A program made the position numbers and the translations under genes. DNA of 60,820 nt, the filler included, from Dirinaria sp. TL-2023a (lineage: Eukaryota): assembly GCA_051941275.1 (NCBI GenBank). It is 9 parts of 9 records of this genome, joined end to end, with 100 filler letters (N's around TTAATTAATTAA, not from the genome) between each part and the next. Parts side by side here need not be neighbours in the genome. Positions count along the whole stretch, not along the records: positions 54,171 to 60,820 come from JAVEBF010001443.1; 8 more parts are not named here. One strand, 5' to 3'. Positions 60,182 through 60,820 of this stretch are shown here, in pieces. The number at the start of each line of letters is the position of its first letter. Position 1 is the first letter of the stretch. The notes beneath the pieces are model-generated. The model did not search any database, was not told the origin of the DNA, and was given only the letters and a program-made list of their open reading frames with translations.

Positions 60182-60820
60182 CTTGAAAAAAAGGATGATT
60201 TTAAGAAGAGGACAATGCCGGCGCTTGAAATATTGTGGGTGCAGCACAAAGGCTATGAGATAGCGATGCAAAAGATAGGGGAAACATGGGGTTTAGGTCA
60301 ATGGTTTTATGTAAGAGGAAGTGAGTGAAGAGTCAAAGTGTAAAGTGTTGCTAAAGACAATGGCTTCTTCATGATCACAGATAATGCCTTTGTTGATTCC
60401 TGATCTGCTCCTATACTACTCAACCTACGGAGGAGACCTCTCCACGCTGCAACACGAACTCACGGAGTCAGTTGCTAGAGCTTTTGCAAATATGCATTGG
60501 TAACGTAGTTCCTTGCAAAGAGGATATAACCCGATTCACGCTCAAGAATGGGAGTGACAGCTTCCTAGCCAGCACTGACTGAGTGAGACCTCATACATAG
60601 ACAAAGAAGGATCCTGACTCACCCGACCTTAGGATGTCTCAGACCTTTGTTATCATTTTCGCCTCACGCACAGTATCACACCGCGACGATGGCATTGTAC
60701 GTATTTCTTTCCCTGGAAACATATATTCCATCTCATCCCATCTAAATCTCTCGCAAGCCTAAACGGCATCTCTTACCAGCACCCTCTCCCCGAAAGATAA
60801 ACCTCTACACAACTCAAATC

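Noticed and set aside
54171..60820. RiPP precursor peptide gene near the UstYa pseudogene
   Set aside because: No ORF with a signal peptide plus repeated KR-delimited cores was found on this contig.

Overview
Fungal nuclear DNA, probably from a lichen-forming Pezizomycotina species (inferred from its secreted-protein families). The window is not one locus. It is nine unlinked contigs of about 6.65-6.69 kb, sorted by decreasing length and joined by artificial 100-bp N44-TTAATTAATTAA-N44 linkers. Housekeeping genes include eIF3a, cytosolic Hsp70, CNS1, EMI1, ATP1, an Rdx-family protein and a Zn2Cys6 factor. Accessory genes include an MBOAT acyltransferase, P450s, a beta-lactamase-family hydrolase, an FAD-linked oxidase, several small secreted proteins and several broken genes. 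The main observations are: (1) the Hsp70 gene appears to need a 53-nt AT-AC intron with U2-type signals; (2) an intronless protein has two tandem HEPN-like repeats, each with an Rx4H motif; (3) a complete 957-bp non-coding Copia-type mini LTR element (TRIM-like) with a 5-bp TSD sits inside a UstYa/DUF3328 pseudogene; (4) three otherwise intact genes each carry a single nonsense codon compatible with CpA>TpA mutation; (5) five GAA units at exact 10-bp spacing lie upstream of Hsp70.
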